From NCBI GenBank assembly GCA_965140785.1, contig OZ223496.1, positions 64,001-128,000 on the forward strand: a stretch of DNA of 64,000 nucleotides. The letters are read 5' to 3'. Under the pieces are notes generated by a model. That model made no database searches and was not told where the DNA came from. It was given only the letters and a program-made list of their open reading frames with translations. The translations under genes and the position numbers were made by a program. Of the stretch, positions 49,034-60,000 are shown piece after piece. Within the stretch, counting starts at the first letter, position 1. Every line of letters begins with the position of its first letter. This DNA is from an uncultured Ruficoccus sp. Its GTDB lineage: Bacteria; Verrucomicrobiota; Verrucomicrobiia; Opitutales; Cerasicoccaceae.

Positions 49034-49854
49034 TGAGCGAAAAGAACAAACAAAGCATCCCCTATTTCGAAACGGTCTCCCGGGAGCCGGGCTGCAATAC
49101 CCTGAGCGCCAATACCTGCGAGATCATTGACTTCAACCTGGTCGTGCTCCGCGCCGGTGAATCCTACAGCTTCAATACCGAGTCGAGAGAATACGGCCTG
49201 GTCGTGCTGAAGGGGACCGTGGATTATCAAATCAATGGGCAAAAATTCGAGCAGGTCGGAAAGCGCAGCTCCGTCTTCACCCAACTGCCCACCTGCGCCT
49301 ATGCCGGCTGCGGCTCCGAGGTGAAGATCGACGCCCGCGAGGATGCGGAGGTCGCGCTCGCCTCAGCGATCAGCTCCACCCCGATCGAGCCGTACCTGAT
49401 CACCCAGGACCAGTGCGGGCTCGGCCATTGGGGTGAGGGCAACACGCTCCGGCATTTCCGCGGCATGCTCGGACGGGACACTCCAAGCGAACGGCTCTGG
49501 CTGACGGAGGTCATCGTACGCGACGGGCGCTGGGCCACCTACCCCCCTCACAAGCACGAGGACGTACCCGGCGACCTGTTTCAGGAGGAGATGTATTATT
49601 ACCGAGTTTCCCCGGAGGAAGGATTCGGCTTCTGCGCCGAGTTCGAGGGCCTGGTCGGCGCGGACTGCGCGTACATGATTCGCAACAGCACCATCCACAA
49701 GATGCCCCACGGCTACCACACGGTGGTCAGCGCTCCCGGCTATCAGATCTACTACCTCGCCGTGTACGCCGGACGGGACAAGGGGCACCAGCCCTCGCCG
49801 CATCCCGCGCACGTGAACGCGAAGAGCAACCCGATGCCGAACCCGTTTATCTAA
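49030..49854 (+). CDS. iolB: IolB/KduI-family isomerase (5-deoxy-glucuronate isomerase-like)
   Basis: [30 protein letters not shown]. Confidence 0.88.
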   Translation: MMSEKNKQSIPYFETVSREPGCNTLSANTCEIIDFNLVVLRAGESYSFNTESREYGLVVLKGTVDYQINGQKFEQVGKRSSVFTQLPTCAYAGCGSEVKIDAREDAEVALASAISSTPIEPYLITQDQCGLGHWGEGNTLRHFRGMLGRDTPSERLWLTEVIVRDGRWATYPPHKHEDVPGDLFQEEMYYYRVSPEEGFGFCAEFEGLVGADCAYMIRNSTIHKMPHGYHTVVSAPGYQIYYLAVYAGRDKGHQPSPHPAHVNAKSNPMPNPFI

Positions 49855-49862
49855 ACCCTCCC

Positions 49863-50522
49863 ATGCCCACCATCCGCACACTCCCTTTTGAGCAAATCCG
49901 GCGCGAACTATACTCGCCCGTCATTGGCGACATACTCGACCAGCACGGCTATTATCACCAGTTTCTGCCGCGCGAGGTGCAGCCCATGCTGCCGGAAATG
50001 AAGCTCGTGGGTCGGGCCATGCCCGTGCTGATGAGCGATGTCTACGGCCCCCAAAAAAAGCCCTTCGGGCTGCTGACGGAGGCTCTCGACCAACTCGAAC
50101 CCGGTGAAATCTACGTGGGCAGCATGCCCTCCTGCACCTGCTCGTGCTGGGGAGAGATTCTGACGGCCACGGCAAAAGCCCATGGCGCCGTCGGAGCCGT
50201 GCTTAACGCGCCTCACCGCGACACCCCCATGGTACTGGAGCAGGACTGGCCGGTGTTCAGCACGGGCCGCTTCGCTCAGGACTCCGGGCCGCGGATGGCG
50301 GTCATTGACTACCGCCTGCCGATCGAGATCGGGGCCACGGTGGTCCGCCCCGGCGATCTCATCTTCGGCGACCTGGACGGTGTCCTGGTGGTACCGCAGG
50401 AAATCGAGGAGGTCGTCATCAAAGAAGCGCTGGAAAAGGCCCGCGGCGAAAAACGCGTACGCAAGGCAATCGAGGGCGGCATGTCGGCCACTCAAGCCTT
50501 CAAGGAATTCGGCATCCTGTAA
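49863..50522 (+). CDS. RraA-family / HMG-aldolase-like protein
   Basis: [16 protein letters not shown]...[21 protein letters not shown]. Confidence 0.9.
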   Translation: MPTIRTLPFEQIRRELYSPVIGDILDQHGYYHQFLPREVQPMLPEMKLVGRAMPVLMSDVYGPQKKPFGLLTEALDQLEPGEIYVGSMPSCTCSCWGEILTATAKAHGAVGAVLNAPHRDTPMVLEQDWPVFSTGRFAQDSGPRMAVIDYRLPIEIGATVVRPGDLIFGDLDGVLVVPQEIEEVVIKEALEKARGEKRVRKAIEGGMSATQAFKEFGIL

Positions 50523-50525
50523 GTT

Positions 50526-51290
50526 ATGGATCTGGAACAAGCTTTTGACCTGAACGGTCGCACAGCCCTCATCACCGGCGGGGCCACCGGTCTCGGCTAT
50601 GCCATGGCCCAGGCGCTGAGCGCCTGCGGAGCCCGGGTCGTCATCTGCGGACGACGGGAAGAGGAACTCGAACGCGCCATCGCCGGCCTCGGATCCAACG
50701 CCTCCTTTCGCGTCCACGACGTCACGCAGATTCAGAAAGCCGACGCCTTCATCTCGGAGTTAGAAGAAACGTTCGGGCCACTCGACATCCTGATTAACAA
50801 CGCGGGCAAACATCTGAAAAAGCCTGCGGTCGAAATTAACGACGCGGAGTTTCAAGGGGTGCTCGATGTCCACCTCAAGGCGGGCTTCGCCCTGAGCCAG
50901 GCCGCCGCCAGGCGGATGCTCCCCCGGAGCCGGGGAAGTATTCTCTTCATCGCCTCTATGGCGTCGATCTTTGGCTTCCCGCTCGTAGCCGCCTACACTG
51001 CGGCTAAATCCGCCCTCTCCGGACTGGTACGGGAGCTGGCGGTGGAGTGGTCGCCCTCGGGCGTGCGTGTCAACGCGATCGCACCCGGCTGGATCGAATC
51101 CGAAATGATGAACGCAGCCATGCGCGGGGACCCCAAGCGCAAAGAAAAAATCCTCACCCGCACCGCGATGGGAACTTTTGGCCAGCCCGAAGATGTCGGC
51201 TGGGCCGCCGCCTATTTGTGTTCACCCGCGGCGAAGTTCGTAACTGGCACCTGCCTCGTGGTCGATGGCGGCGTCAGCATCGGTTTTTAA
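50526..51290 (+). CDS. SDR oxidoreductase (gluconate 5-dehydrogenase/KduD-like)
   Basis: TGGATGLG, NNAG, YTAAK, VNAIAPG. Confidence 0.9.
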   Translation: MDLEQAFDLNGRTALITGGATGLGYAMAQALSACGARVVICGRREEELERAIAGLGSNASFRVHDVTQIQKADAFISELEETFGPLDILINNAGKHLKKPAVEINDAEFQGVLDVHLKAGFALSQAAARRMLPRSRGSILFIASMASIFGFPLVAAYTAAKSALSGLVRELAVEWSPSGVRVNAIAPGWIESEMMNAAMRGDPKRKEKILTRTAMGTFGQPEDVGWAAAYLCSPAAKFVTGTCLVVDGGVSIGF

Positions 51291-51310
51291 ATCCCTGCAG
51301 ACGCTGGCTC

Positions 51311-52108
51311 TCACACCACCACGTCGCGGGGCACCTGCTGCACATTGAGCCCGCCGTCGAGGACGATTCGCGCCCCAACCAGCGTGGGCACGGACTCCGA
51401 GGCGAGAAAAAGCACGAGCCGCGAAATCTCCTCCTGTGAGCTGGGAGCACCCGCCGGAGTATTCATCAGACGCCGTTGCGTATCCGACTCCGAGAGTGCA
51501 TTCCACCGCTCCGTCCAGACATAGCCGAGCACCACGGCGTTGACACGGATGGCGTCGCCGGAGAGCTCCTGCGCCATGGAGCGGGTCAGGCCATCGAGGG
51601 CGGCCTTGCTTGTGTTGTAGCCGCTGCGGCCATAGATGCCACGCTCCCCGGCCAACGAGGAAATATTCACGATGGCACCGCCACCGATGTTTTTCAGATG
51701 CCGGGCCACGCGCTGCGCGCATAGAAAGGCACCGAAGAGATTCACCTCCAGCACCTGGCGAAAATGCTCCGGCGTCTGCTCCAGAAAGCCCGATGCCCCC
51801 AGGCCGAGGTGGGCGGCGTTGTTCACCAGCACGTCCGGCATCAACCCCTGTTTTTCAAAGTCGTCAAAGGCGTGGTTAACGGCGGCCTCGTCGCCGAGAT
51901 CAAAGCTGGCGGCGTGGAACTGCGCCTGCGGATACTGCGCGGCTAGCGTATCCCGCGCCTGCTCGACCGAGCCGTGGGAACCATGGACGATGACACGCGC
52001 CCCGGCTTCGGCGAAAGCCGCCGCGAGGGTATAGCCGAGGTTGCGACTGGAGCCGGTGACCAACACGGTCTTGCCGGTAAAAGATAACAGCGAGGACGGG
52101 AAAATCAT
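51311..52108 (-). CDS. SDR oxidoreductase
   Basis: TGSSRNLG, NNAA, YNTSK. Confidence 0.9.
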   Translation of the reverse strand: MIFPSSLLSFTGKTVLVTGSSRNLGYTLAAAFAEAGARVIVHGSHGSVEQARDTLAAQYPQAQFHAASFDLGDEAAVNHAFDDFEKQGLMPDVLVNNAAHLGLGASGFLEQTPEHFRQVLEVNLFGAFLCAQRVARHLKNIGGGAIVNISSLAGERGIYGRSGYNTSKAALDGLTRSMAQELSGDAIRVNAVVLGYVWTERWNALSESDTQRRLMNTPAGAPSSQEEISRLVLFLASESVPTLVGARIVLDGGLNVQQVPRDVVV

Positions 52109-52136
52109 GGTCGTCGGAGTGGAGTTTTCGCTCGTG

Positions 52137-53303
52137 TTATTGTTTAAAAGTCAACCCCGCGTCGCCGGGTCGGATATCGGTCAGGGTGCCCTTGTAGTGG
52201 CGCAGCTCATGCGGCTGGTAGGGATGCTTAGCGAGGGCGTCCAGATCGATATCCACGCCCAGGCCGGGCGAGTCGGGGATGGTCAGGCACCCCTCGACAA
52301 AGCGCGTACCCTCGCGCGCTATCTCCGCACGCCAGGACACGTCCGTGGCCATCGTTTCGAGACGGCGGATATTCGGCGTGCAGGCGGCAGCGTGGAGGGT
52401 GGCGGCGTTGGCGACCGGGCCGCAAGGGTTATGCGGGCAACAGGGCAGGAACTGCGCTTCGGCCATGTCGGCAATGCGGCGCATCTCGGCAATACCGCCC
52501 ACGTGTGTCACGTCCGGCTGGGCGAAGTCCGCGCAGCGCGAAGTAAAAAACGGGACGTAGTCCCAACGGCTGTAGAGCCGTTCGCCGGCGGCGATGGGCA
52601 CCTTTGTGCGACGGCGAACGTCGGCCAGGGCGTCGAGGTTGCCCGGGGGAAGCGGCTCCTCAAACCAGCCGACTCCGTAGGCCGAGAGCATATCTGCGGC
52701 CTTAACTGCCGTGGGCACGTCGAAACGTCCGTGCCCCTCGATCAACAGCTCGGCCTTCCCGGCTACCACTTCGGCAACGGCGGCCACACAAGCCTCGGCT
52801 TTCACCAACTCCTGCGGCGTCAGCTCCAGATAGGCCGAGCCGAACGGGTCCCATTTGAGCCCTTTGTATCCGGCGGCGATCGCCGCCTTGGCTTTTTGGG
52901 CAAACTCTTCCGGCTCCTTCGCTCCGGCAAACCAGGCGTTGGCATAGCACTGAATGCGGTCGCGCACCCGACCGCCAAGCAGTTCATAGACCGGGACACC
53001 GAGCGCCTTGCCCTTGATGTCCCACAGGGCCATTTCCAAGGCTCCGAGGGCGGACATGTACACCGGCCCGCCGCGAAAATACACCTCGCGGTTCACCTCT
53101 TGCCAGATCGCCTCTATGTCTCCGGCCCGGCGACCGATGACGCCCCGGCCGATTTCCCGCATGGCCTCGGCCACGGTTTTTTCCCGGTATTCGAGCGAGG
53201 CTTCGCCCCAACCGTAGAGGCCCTCGTCGGTCTGCACATGGAGAAAAACCCAGTTGGTTCGGTAGCAATCGGCGATGTAGGGCGTGAGGGAGGTAATTTT
53301 CAT
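52137..53303 (-). CDS. Enolase-superfamily sugar-acid dehydratase (galactonate dehydratase-like)
   Basis: ALWDIKGKALGVPVYELLGG, K.D, EGHGR, WFEEP, AGER, QPD, PHNP. Confidence 0.9.
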   Translation of the reverse strand: MKITSLTPYIADCYRTNWVFLHVQTDEGLYGWGEASLEYREKTVAEAMREIGRGVIGRRAGDIEAIWQEVNREVYFRGGPVYMSALGALEMALWDIKGKALGVPVYELLGGRVRDRIQCYANAWFAGAKEPEEFAQKAKAAIAAGYKGLKWDPFGSAYLELTPQELVKAEACVAAVAEVVAGKAELLIEGHGRFDVPTAVKAADMLSAYGVGWFEEPLPPGNLDALADVRRRTKVPIAAGERLYSRWDYVPFFTSRCADFAQPDVTHVGGIAEMRRIADMAEAQFLPCCPHNPCGPVANAATLHAAACTPNIRRLETMATDVSWRAEIAREGTRFVEGCLTIPDSPGLGVDIDLDALAKHPYQPHELRHYKGTLTDIRPGDAGLTFKQ

Positions 53304-53390
53304 AACAAGGGTCCGATCCTAGTACAGGCCCCATAATGATGCACGCATCCATGCTTTACAGCACTGGGCATAAAGTTAACAATTGTGGGC

Positions 53391-54269
53391 ATGGGTAAAA
53401 TTGAGAGCCCGCCGGCCACCGTCTATCCTCCCGGTGATTGGCAGGCGCTGCATGTTGGTGTTGAGCGCTGCTATGCCGGCGCCCCGGTGGGAAAATCCGG
53501 CACCTTTCCCGGCACGGTGGTTACGCTTTGCGCGATGCGCAAGGGCACGGTTTCCATGAGCCGTGACGGCCTCTCGGTTCAAGTCGAATCGAGAAGCAAG
53601 CCCTGGCTCATCAACATACCGGGCGAGCGCACTCAGCAATTTTCCGACGACGCACAGATCGTCTCCGTCCACCTCAGCCTGAGCAATCCCGGCAATGGCG
53701 CGGAGTGGCGGGGCAAGCCGATGGTCGTGGCCCAGCCGGACGCTCCGGCTCGACAAGCCCTGGATAAACTCCAGCAAGCCGCACTCGCTGCCGGCTTGTC
53801 GCCACAACAGTTGGAGGTGCGCGGCCTGCCACTGCCACTGCCGGCGGCGCTCGCCCTGCAAGCCGCCGGGAGCGAACTCTTCGGCCATTTGCTACGGTTG
53901 ACACACCCACTGGGGCTGCGTTTCGAAATCCCGCCCATCGACGACCCGCGCGTACGCCAAAGCCATCTACGGCTCGCCACCCTACCGATGCAGACACCCT
54001 TTTCGCGCACGGTCCTGGCGTCCGAGCAAGGGCTCACCGCCGGGCAGCTCGACCGACTCTGGCGGCAGGAGCTCGGTCTGACTCCCCAGCAGTATCGCGA
54101 TCGCCAGCGCCTGGCTTTCGCCTGCGAACAACTGCGCCTGCCCGGCGCCTCCATCAAGGCCGTCGCCGCCGATCTGGGCTTCCGCCACCTCTCGCAGTTT
54201 TCCAACTGGTTCCGCGCCCGTCACCACGAGTCGCCCCGCGACTTCCGCAACCGCCCCCACGCCAGCTAA
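53391..54269 (+). CDS. AraC-family regulator
   Basis: SIKAVAADLGFRHLSQFSNWF...SPRDFR. Confidence 0.9.
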   Translation: MGKIESPPATVYPPGDWQALHVGVERCYAGAPVGKSGTFPGTVVTLCAMRKGTVSMSRDGLSVQVESRSKPWLINIPGERTQQFSDDAQIVSVHLSLSNPGNGAEWRGKPMVVAQPDAPARQALDKLQQAALAAGLSPQQLEVRGLPLPLPAALALQAAGSELFGHLLRLTHPLGLRFEIPPIDDPRVRQSHLRLATLPMQTPFSRTVLASEQGLTAGQLDRLWRQELGLTPQQYRDRQRLAFACEQLRLPGASIKAVAADLGFRHLSQFSNWFRARHHESPRDFRNRPHAS

Positions 54270-54283
54270 CCTTTTGCCGCTCC

Positions 54284-55708
54284 CTATAGCGCTCCGCGGC
54301 GCGTTTCGAGTCGGGCGCGGATGTCAACGAGTTTACCGCGGTTCAACGGGTAGAAAAGAACGAGGAGGAGCGAGAACACCCATATCGCCACCGGCAGAAC
54401 CAGAAATATCCACTTCATCCTCATGAGGACAGCGTGCGGCTGATGTTGCAGCGCTACATCGAAACCCGACATCTCCAGCGTGAGCCCGCCGATGCCCATC
54501 GCACACGTACCGGCCGCCTTTATAAACCACGAATAAAAGGCGTTCAGGGCGCCTTCCCGGCGACGGTACGTATCTATTTCATCGTAATCGGCCACGTCGG
54601 CCTTCATCGACGGCATGAACAGCCAGAAGGCCGACAGACTGCCCGACTGCAGGACCGCCGGGATCAGTTGCAAGTACGGCAGTTCCGGGTTCAGACAGAA
54701 ATAGTACAACAGGTGCCCAATCATGGCGATGACCAACACCGCCGCCACCAGCGTCTTCTTGTCAAATTTTTCGCTCAAGCAGGTCAAGAGCGGCAGGGAA
54801 AGAATTCCCACCACCACCATGCTCGTGTAGCGCCAGCCATCGATGACGGAGGCGTCCGCCAAGTCACCGCCATTGACCAAATAAATATTCACATACTGAC
54901 CCAGACTGATCACCGAGGCATTGCCCAAACTGAGGAAAAACGACGAGCCGATGAGGAACCACAATGGCTTGCAGCGGAACGTTTCCTTGATGCTCTGCCA
55001 GAAGGGGTCCCGGGCCTGCGAACTGGCCTCCTTGGCGTAGTATCGTTCCTTGACAAAAAGCGCCGGCATCAGACCGACCAGAACAATCATACCCGCCAGA
55101 AACCACCGGCACGTAAGCATGCCGTTGACGATGTCGGCCTTTCCGGTCTCGGGATCGGCGAACCACGGGCCGGTCAAAATGGCCATGATCCAGCCCCCGC
55201 CGAGCGCCACGATTTTAGAGAAGAACGACATCCAGGCGGTCAGGCGGGTACGCTCGTCGTAGTTGGGCGTGAGCTCCATCTGCAGCCCGTAGTAGGGCAT
55301 CGACCAGCAGGTGAAGCTGGTAAAAAACAGCAGGCCCACAGCCAGCAGATAAAAGAACATCCCCAGTTGGCTCCACCCGGCGGGCGGCGACCACAAAAAT
55401 GGATAGAGGACCGCGGTCAAAATGGCGCCCACGAACATGAAAGGCCGCCGCCGTCCCCAGCGGGTACGGGCATTGTCGGAGATATTTCCCATCAACGGGT
55501 CCGAGATCGCATCCCAGGCCCGCAGCAGCATCAGGCACAGGCCCAGCAGGGCCGGACTGATCCCCAGCCCGATGTTGAAGTACGGCATCCACAGCATGCT
55601 CACCGTCACGCCGGTGGCGAAATAGTCCATCTTTCCGCCGAGGGCAAAAGCGATCTTCTGCCCAAACGGGATGCGGTCGGACTCGGGAATGTAGGCCTTA
55701 CGGTTCAT
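54284..55708 (-). CDS. MFS glycoside-pentoside-hexuronide (GPH) transporter
   Basis: DAISDPLMGNISD..RTRWGRRRPF, ELTPNYDERT, ADVADYDE...RREG. Confidence 0.93.
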   Translation of the reverse strand: MNRKAYIPESDRIPFGQKIAFALGGKMDYFATGVTVSMLWMPYFNIGLGISPALLGLCLMLLRAWDAISDPLMGNISDNARTRWGRRRPFMFVGAILTAVLYPFLWSPPAGWSQLGMFFYLLAVGLLFFTSFTCWSMPYYGLQMELTPNYDERTRLTAWMSFFSKIVALGGGWIMAILTGPWFADPETGKADIVNGMLTCRWFLAGMIVLVGLMPALFVKERYYAKEASSQARDPFWQSIKETFRCKPLWFLIGSSFFLSLGNASVISLGQYVNIYLVNGGDLADASVIDGWRYTSMVVVGILSLPLLTCLSEKFDKKTLVAAVLVIAMIGHLLYYFCLNPELPYLQLIPAVLQSGSLSAFWLFMPSMKADVADYDEIDTYRRREGALNAFYSWFIKAAGTCAMGIGGLTLEMSGFDVALQHQPHAVLMRMKWIFLVLPVAIWVFSLLLVLFYPLNRGKLVDIRARLETRRGAL

Positions 55709-55989
55709 GCTGAAATTGCACATTTAGAAGAGGTGATGGCGGTCAGGCGGGGACATGGCACGGCCCACGTCACTGAAAAAGTAACGGCAAAAGCGGCCGG
55801 CATGGCACAGGCTCAGTGTATCCGCCTGCCGCCGGTCGCTAAAGGTCTCCCCCACCCGCCTGATTACAGGCGACCTTTGTCCGCACCCTCAAACCCATTA
55901 TCAATAAAAATCATTTTATAATATTTGCTCAAAAAGCTCCTCACTCACTTCATGCCTGCCTCGGCTGAGCAATGCCCGAAGGACGACAG

Positions 55990-56895
55990 TTAGCTTCGCT
56001 TTGTTCTAAAGCGAGACAGACCGAGCAAGACCAGACAGACAGTCAGATACATGACAGAGGAATTACTTTCCGGGATCACATTCAAGGCGCTGTTCCAGTC
56101 ATCGGTAATGGCGAGGGCGTCGATCGTGAATACATCATCCGAATCCAGGTTGGAGCCGAAACGGAAGCCGGCGTAGCTAGCGGTCGATACATAGCTCTGG
56201 GCGATGGTCGAGGTCCCCTGAGGCGTTCCTGCGTCTCCGACCTGCGGGTTCACCCAGATCGAGGTCTGGTCGTATTCGCCGTCTTCATTCGCATCCTCGT
56301 AACGGGCGACCACCAGATAGGTGGTGGAGCTGGTGAAGTCCATACTGCTGTTCGCATAGTTGGACGAACCGGTACGGCTGAAGAAATCCTTGTTGCCTGC
56401 GTCATTCAGCCCTCGCAGGCCGGCATTGGGTCCCGGACTATGGCTGGCGGATTGAGTTCCTTCGTCTCCGTCCACAAAGGAAGTAAGGAAATCATTGCTG
56501 TCCCAGCTACCGCTTTCCATCCGGATGAGGAAACGGATGTAAAAGGTCTCCCCGGCATCCAGTCCGGAAAACTCCCGAACCACAGCGGTGTTAAGCGCAG
56601 CAGACGGGGGATTATTGACCAGTTGCAGCGCGTTGCCACCTCCGATGGGATTGGCGCCTGCGTTGGTGTAGGTCAGCGCCGTCGTGGGCGTCACGATCTG
56701 GGATTGCGCGTCGTTGAAGAAGTTGTTCCAGCCGCCGGACCAACCCGTTCCTCCGTTGAGGTTGTTGGTATTGCCCGTGGCGTAGTCGAAGTTGTCTTCA
56801 GCCACTGTCGCGGCTGAACCGGTCTGGGCAAAAAGCAAGCCACCCAACAGGGCCGCCGAGATACAGGTTGTTCGCATAAACGAGGTGCGTTTCAT
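55990..56895 (-). CDS. PEP-CTERM-type surface protein (variant IPES tail)
   Basis: Signal peptide; DNFDY..G.LNGGTGW...W; VIPESNSS + transmembrane segment + RFRTKRS. Confidence 0.85.
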   Translation of the reverse strand: MKRTSFMRTTCISAALLGGLLFAQTGSAATVAEDNFDYATGNTNNLNGGTGWSGGWNNFFNDAQSQIVTPTTALTYTNAGANPIGGGNALQLVNNPPSAALNTAVVREFSGLDAGETFYIRFLIRMESGSWDSNDFLTSFVDGDEGTQSASHSPGPNAGLRGLNDAGNKDFFSRTGSSNYANSSMDFTSSTTYLVVARYEDANEDGEYDQTSIWVNPQVGDAGTPQGTSTIAQSYVSTASYAGFRFGSNLDSDDVFTIDALAITDDWNSALNVIPESNSSVMYLTVCLVLLGLSRFRTKRS

Positions 56896-57099
56896 AGGGT
56901 ATGGGAGTTTTTTGAGGTTAATAATTACACTAGTTTATTAAAAGGCTTTCGAACATTCGGTCAAGCGTAATTGTATCTCGCGCCAGACAGCTTTCGGGTC
57001 GGGAAAGCTCTGAACAGCACGCGCTGTGACGGCCATCCAACGGCAGCGAAACTCAATCAGGATGTGCTTTCGGTAGCTCTATGATTCAGGGAGTTCAGG

Positions 57100-60000
57100 T
57101 TACAGGTATTGCTCCTCCGCGGACTCCAGCGTGATACCGAAGAGAACGGGGACGCGGCGCATGTTCTGGCCCGGTTGAAAATCGATACTCCGGATTCTCT
57201 TCGTCGGCGTGGGATTGATCCACTCCATGCGGTACACAGACACCACCGAATTGTTGGCGGCGGGATAATTGGCCGCTACCTTCGCTCCTGGCAGGTCCTC
57301 GCGGGCCTCCTTTTTGAAACGGTCGATATTGTACTTGTTGACCAGAGGCACAGTTTCGCTGGTACCGTCCATGTAGTTGATCCGGTAGCTGCCAACGTTG
57401 TTGTAGCGCGTGACTTTCAAGTGCCAGTTTTCCAGAAAGGCGTGGAAGAAATAAATCCGCTCCACCAGACGGTCCTCGACGGGGATTTCGATATCGTAGG
57501 TTCCTTGCAGGCCGGACGAATCCTCCTGAGTGAAATCCGTCACGCTTTCGCCCTTCCCCTGCGTGATGATGATAGCGTTGCGGCTGTCGTTCTTGCGCGG
57601 GTCGAGGATGACGAAGGGGACGTCCCCTGCGGTCATCAACTGTTGGCCGTGCATAAAGGCGGGCGTCTCCGTCCCACCCTCCTGGTCGGATTGGGGCAGT
57701 TGGCCGCTGTCCTGATAAACGATCCACTCCTTGCTGAAGAGACCGACGTTGATATTGCAGTACGGGCCGAGCGCCAGCGGACGCGAGCGCGTCTCCGAGA
57801 AAACTTTCGGGATGGTGGTTAACTTCGCGTGGAGGGCCGTCAGCAGGATGGACGCCATGCGGGGCGGGCGGTCCTCGAGGTCCCAGAGTATCTGGTCGAT
57901 CACGAGCCGCCCCTGCCCGACCGGAATCTCCTGCAACATGCCGGTGACAGCCAACGACTGGCGGGACTCGACCGGGCCCTTCCAAGTGACGAGCTTGCCG
58001 GCGGTCGGCGTGGCGTTTCGGACCGGCCGCTCTCCCCAGGTGAGATCAGCCAAGCTCGCATCGGCCAGCAACCCGCCGGGCAGGATGCCGGGCGCCACCT
58101 TTACCTCTCCCTCGCGCTCGGAAAAAACCGGCTCGGCGCCGACGACTTCCCGCAGCCAGGCGGCATCCTTTTCGCTGACGTTATGCACCAGCACGGTTGC
58201 GCCCGACTCGAGCAGCTCACGCGCCACGGCGGCCGGGAAATCTTCGGATAGAGCCTGCGCCCCGGCCAGGATCAGCTGCGCATTGTCCGCGTCCCAGGCA
58301 TTCGGCAAGGAGCCCGCCTCCTGTGCATCGATCCGCAAGGCTTTCAAGCTCTGCTGAAAGGTGCTGTTCGGGTCCGCGTTCACAATGAGGGTGGACGCAT
58401 AGGTGTGCTGGGGTAGCTGACCGGCCCAGTCGATCAGGTTCCTCAGCAAAAGCGCGGCGGCGGGCTCCTGGCGGACCCTGGAAGGTACATCATAGGTATT
58501 AAGCACATAAGAACCTTTTCCATAGTACAACTGAATGAGCGGCGTGAGGTTGAGCCCGGCCCGCGAACCGGCCTGCGCGATGACCCGGAAGTTTCCGCCC
58601 TCGGGCATGACGATCATCGACGGGGCGATGATGTTGTCCGTCGCCCACATGCGCAGGTCCTCGTCATTGAGGTTGGCGAAGACCGGACTGTCTTTCGCAC
58701 GGCGGAAGCTGATCGTAGACGGCTGGTCAAAGGGGGTCAACTCGAGTGGCAACCACTGGTAGCCGCCCTCCGGCGCCGTGAGCGCCAGCACGCACCCACC
58801 GCCGGCAACATACTCGGAAAGGGCTTGCTGGTTGGTCTCCAGCCAGGCAGCGGAGACCTCGTCGCCCAGAATGACCAACGTGAAATACGACAAATCCTCC
58901 AACGTGGTCGCGTGTGCGTTGGCACCCAGAGCGCTCAGCAGGTCGAGCAATTCCGGCGAGCCCTCCAGCACTCCGATTTCCCCGCTGTCGGCGACCCGCA
59001 GGTCCTGCGAAAAAACTTCGACCGGATAGTCCTGCGAAAAGAGCACGTCCCCGCCGTCGGAGACGATCTGCACCTCACCGAGGATTTTTCGTTTAGTCCC
59101 CTTCGCTTCCAGAGCGGGAAAGGGAAGGTCGATGACTTTCGTCTCGCCGGGCTCCAGGGTCAGCGCAACCTCGTGTGTCCACGCGGTGCTGTTTTTTTCG
59201 CTGAGGGTGACCTTCAACTGACCGGCCACCGACTCTTCCGAAGTATTCCAGACCCGGTACTTGCGCGGAGTTTCCGCCCCGGCGAAAAACCGCAGCCCCT
59301 GCCAGTCGTCCAGAGCCCCGCCGACCGGGAGAAACGCTTCCTTCAAAGCCATCAGATAGGCGCGATCGTAATCGGCACGACCCGGCAGCGCGCCCGATGT
59401 CATGGCCATTCCCGTCGCCAGACATGCCTGGTAATTCCAGGCATACATCTGTCCCAAGGCCCGGCCAATCTGCTTACTGGACGCAATCACCGGCTCGGCG
59501 TAAAGCTCGTCGCCAATGACAATAGCGAGGTAATCGTAGTTAAAGAGCAACATCTGCTCCCCGATGGCCAGGGGCTTGTCCTTCTTCCAGTCCAAGTCGG
59601 CATAAAGCGGGTTACCCGGAGGCGAGCCGTCCAGCGGCCAGTAAAAAAGATTCGGGAAATCGACGCCGCCCAGCGGATAGTGGACATTGACGATCTGCTC
59701 GACACCGCCTAGCCGCCCATAGGCCGAATGCTGCACCGGGCGCGTGGGGTCCGTCGCCAGAGCCGCCTCCTGCATCCCCACCAGGTACTCCGTCGTGTCC
59801 GCGTCGCGCGGCATCTTCCAGTGCTCAAACTCATTGGTCAGGCTCCAGATGACCACGGAGGGGTGATTGCGCAAGCGCTTGATGAACCGCTCCATGTGCT
59901 CCAGGGTGTGCTCGGACTTGGGACCGTGGCTGGTGGCGGCTTCCGCCAGGACTAGCATGCCGACCTCGTCTGCCGCCTCGTACCACTCGTCCGGTAGCGG

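Noticed and set aside
54434..55921. 495-aa plus-strand ORF, and similar long antisense ORFs at 14451, 17197, 28284, 31477, 42862, 52041 and 60007
   Set aside because: Antisense shadows of confidently identified genes.
56949..56960. TCGAACATTCGG resembling the regulon palindrome
   Set aside because: One base shorter and mismatched, and located in the ROK locus; not counted as a seventh site.
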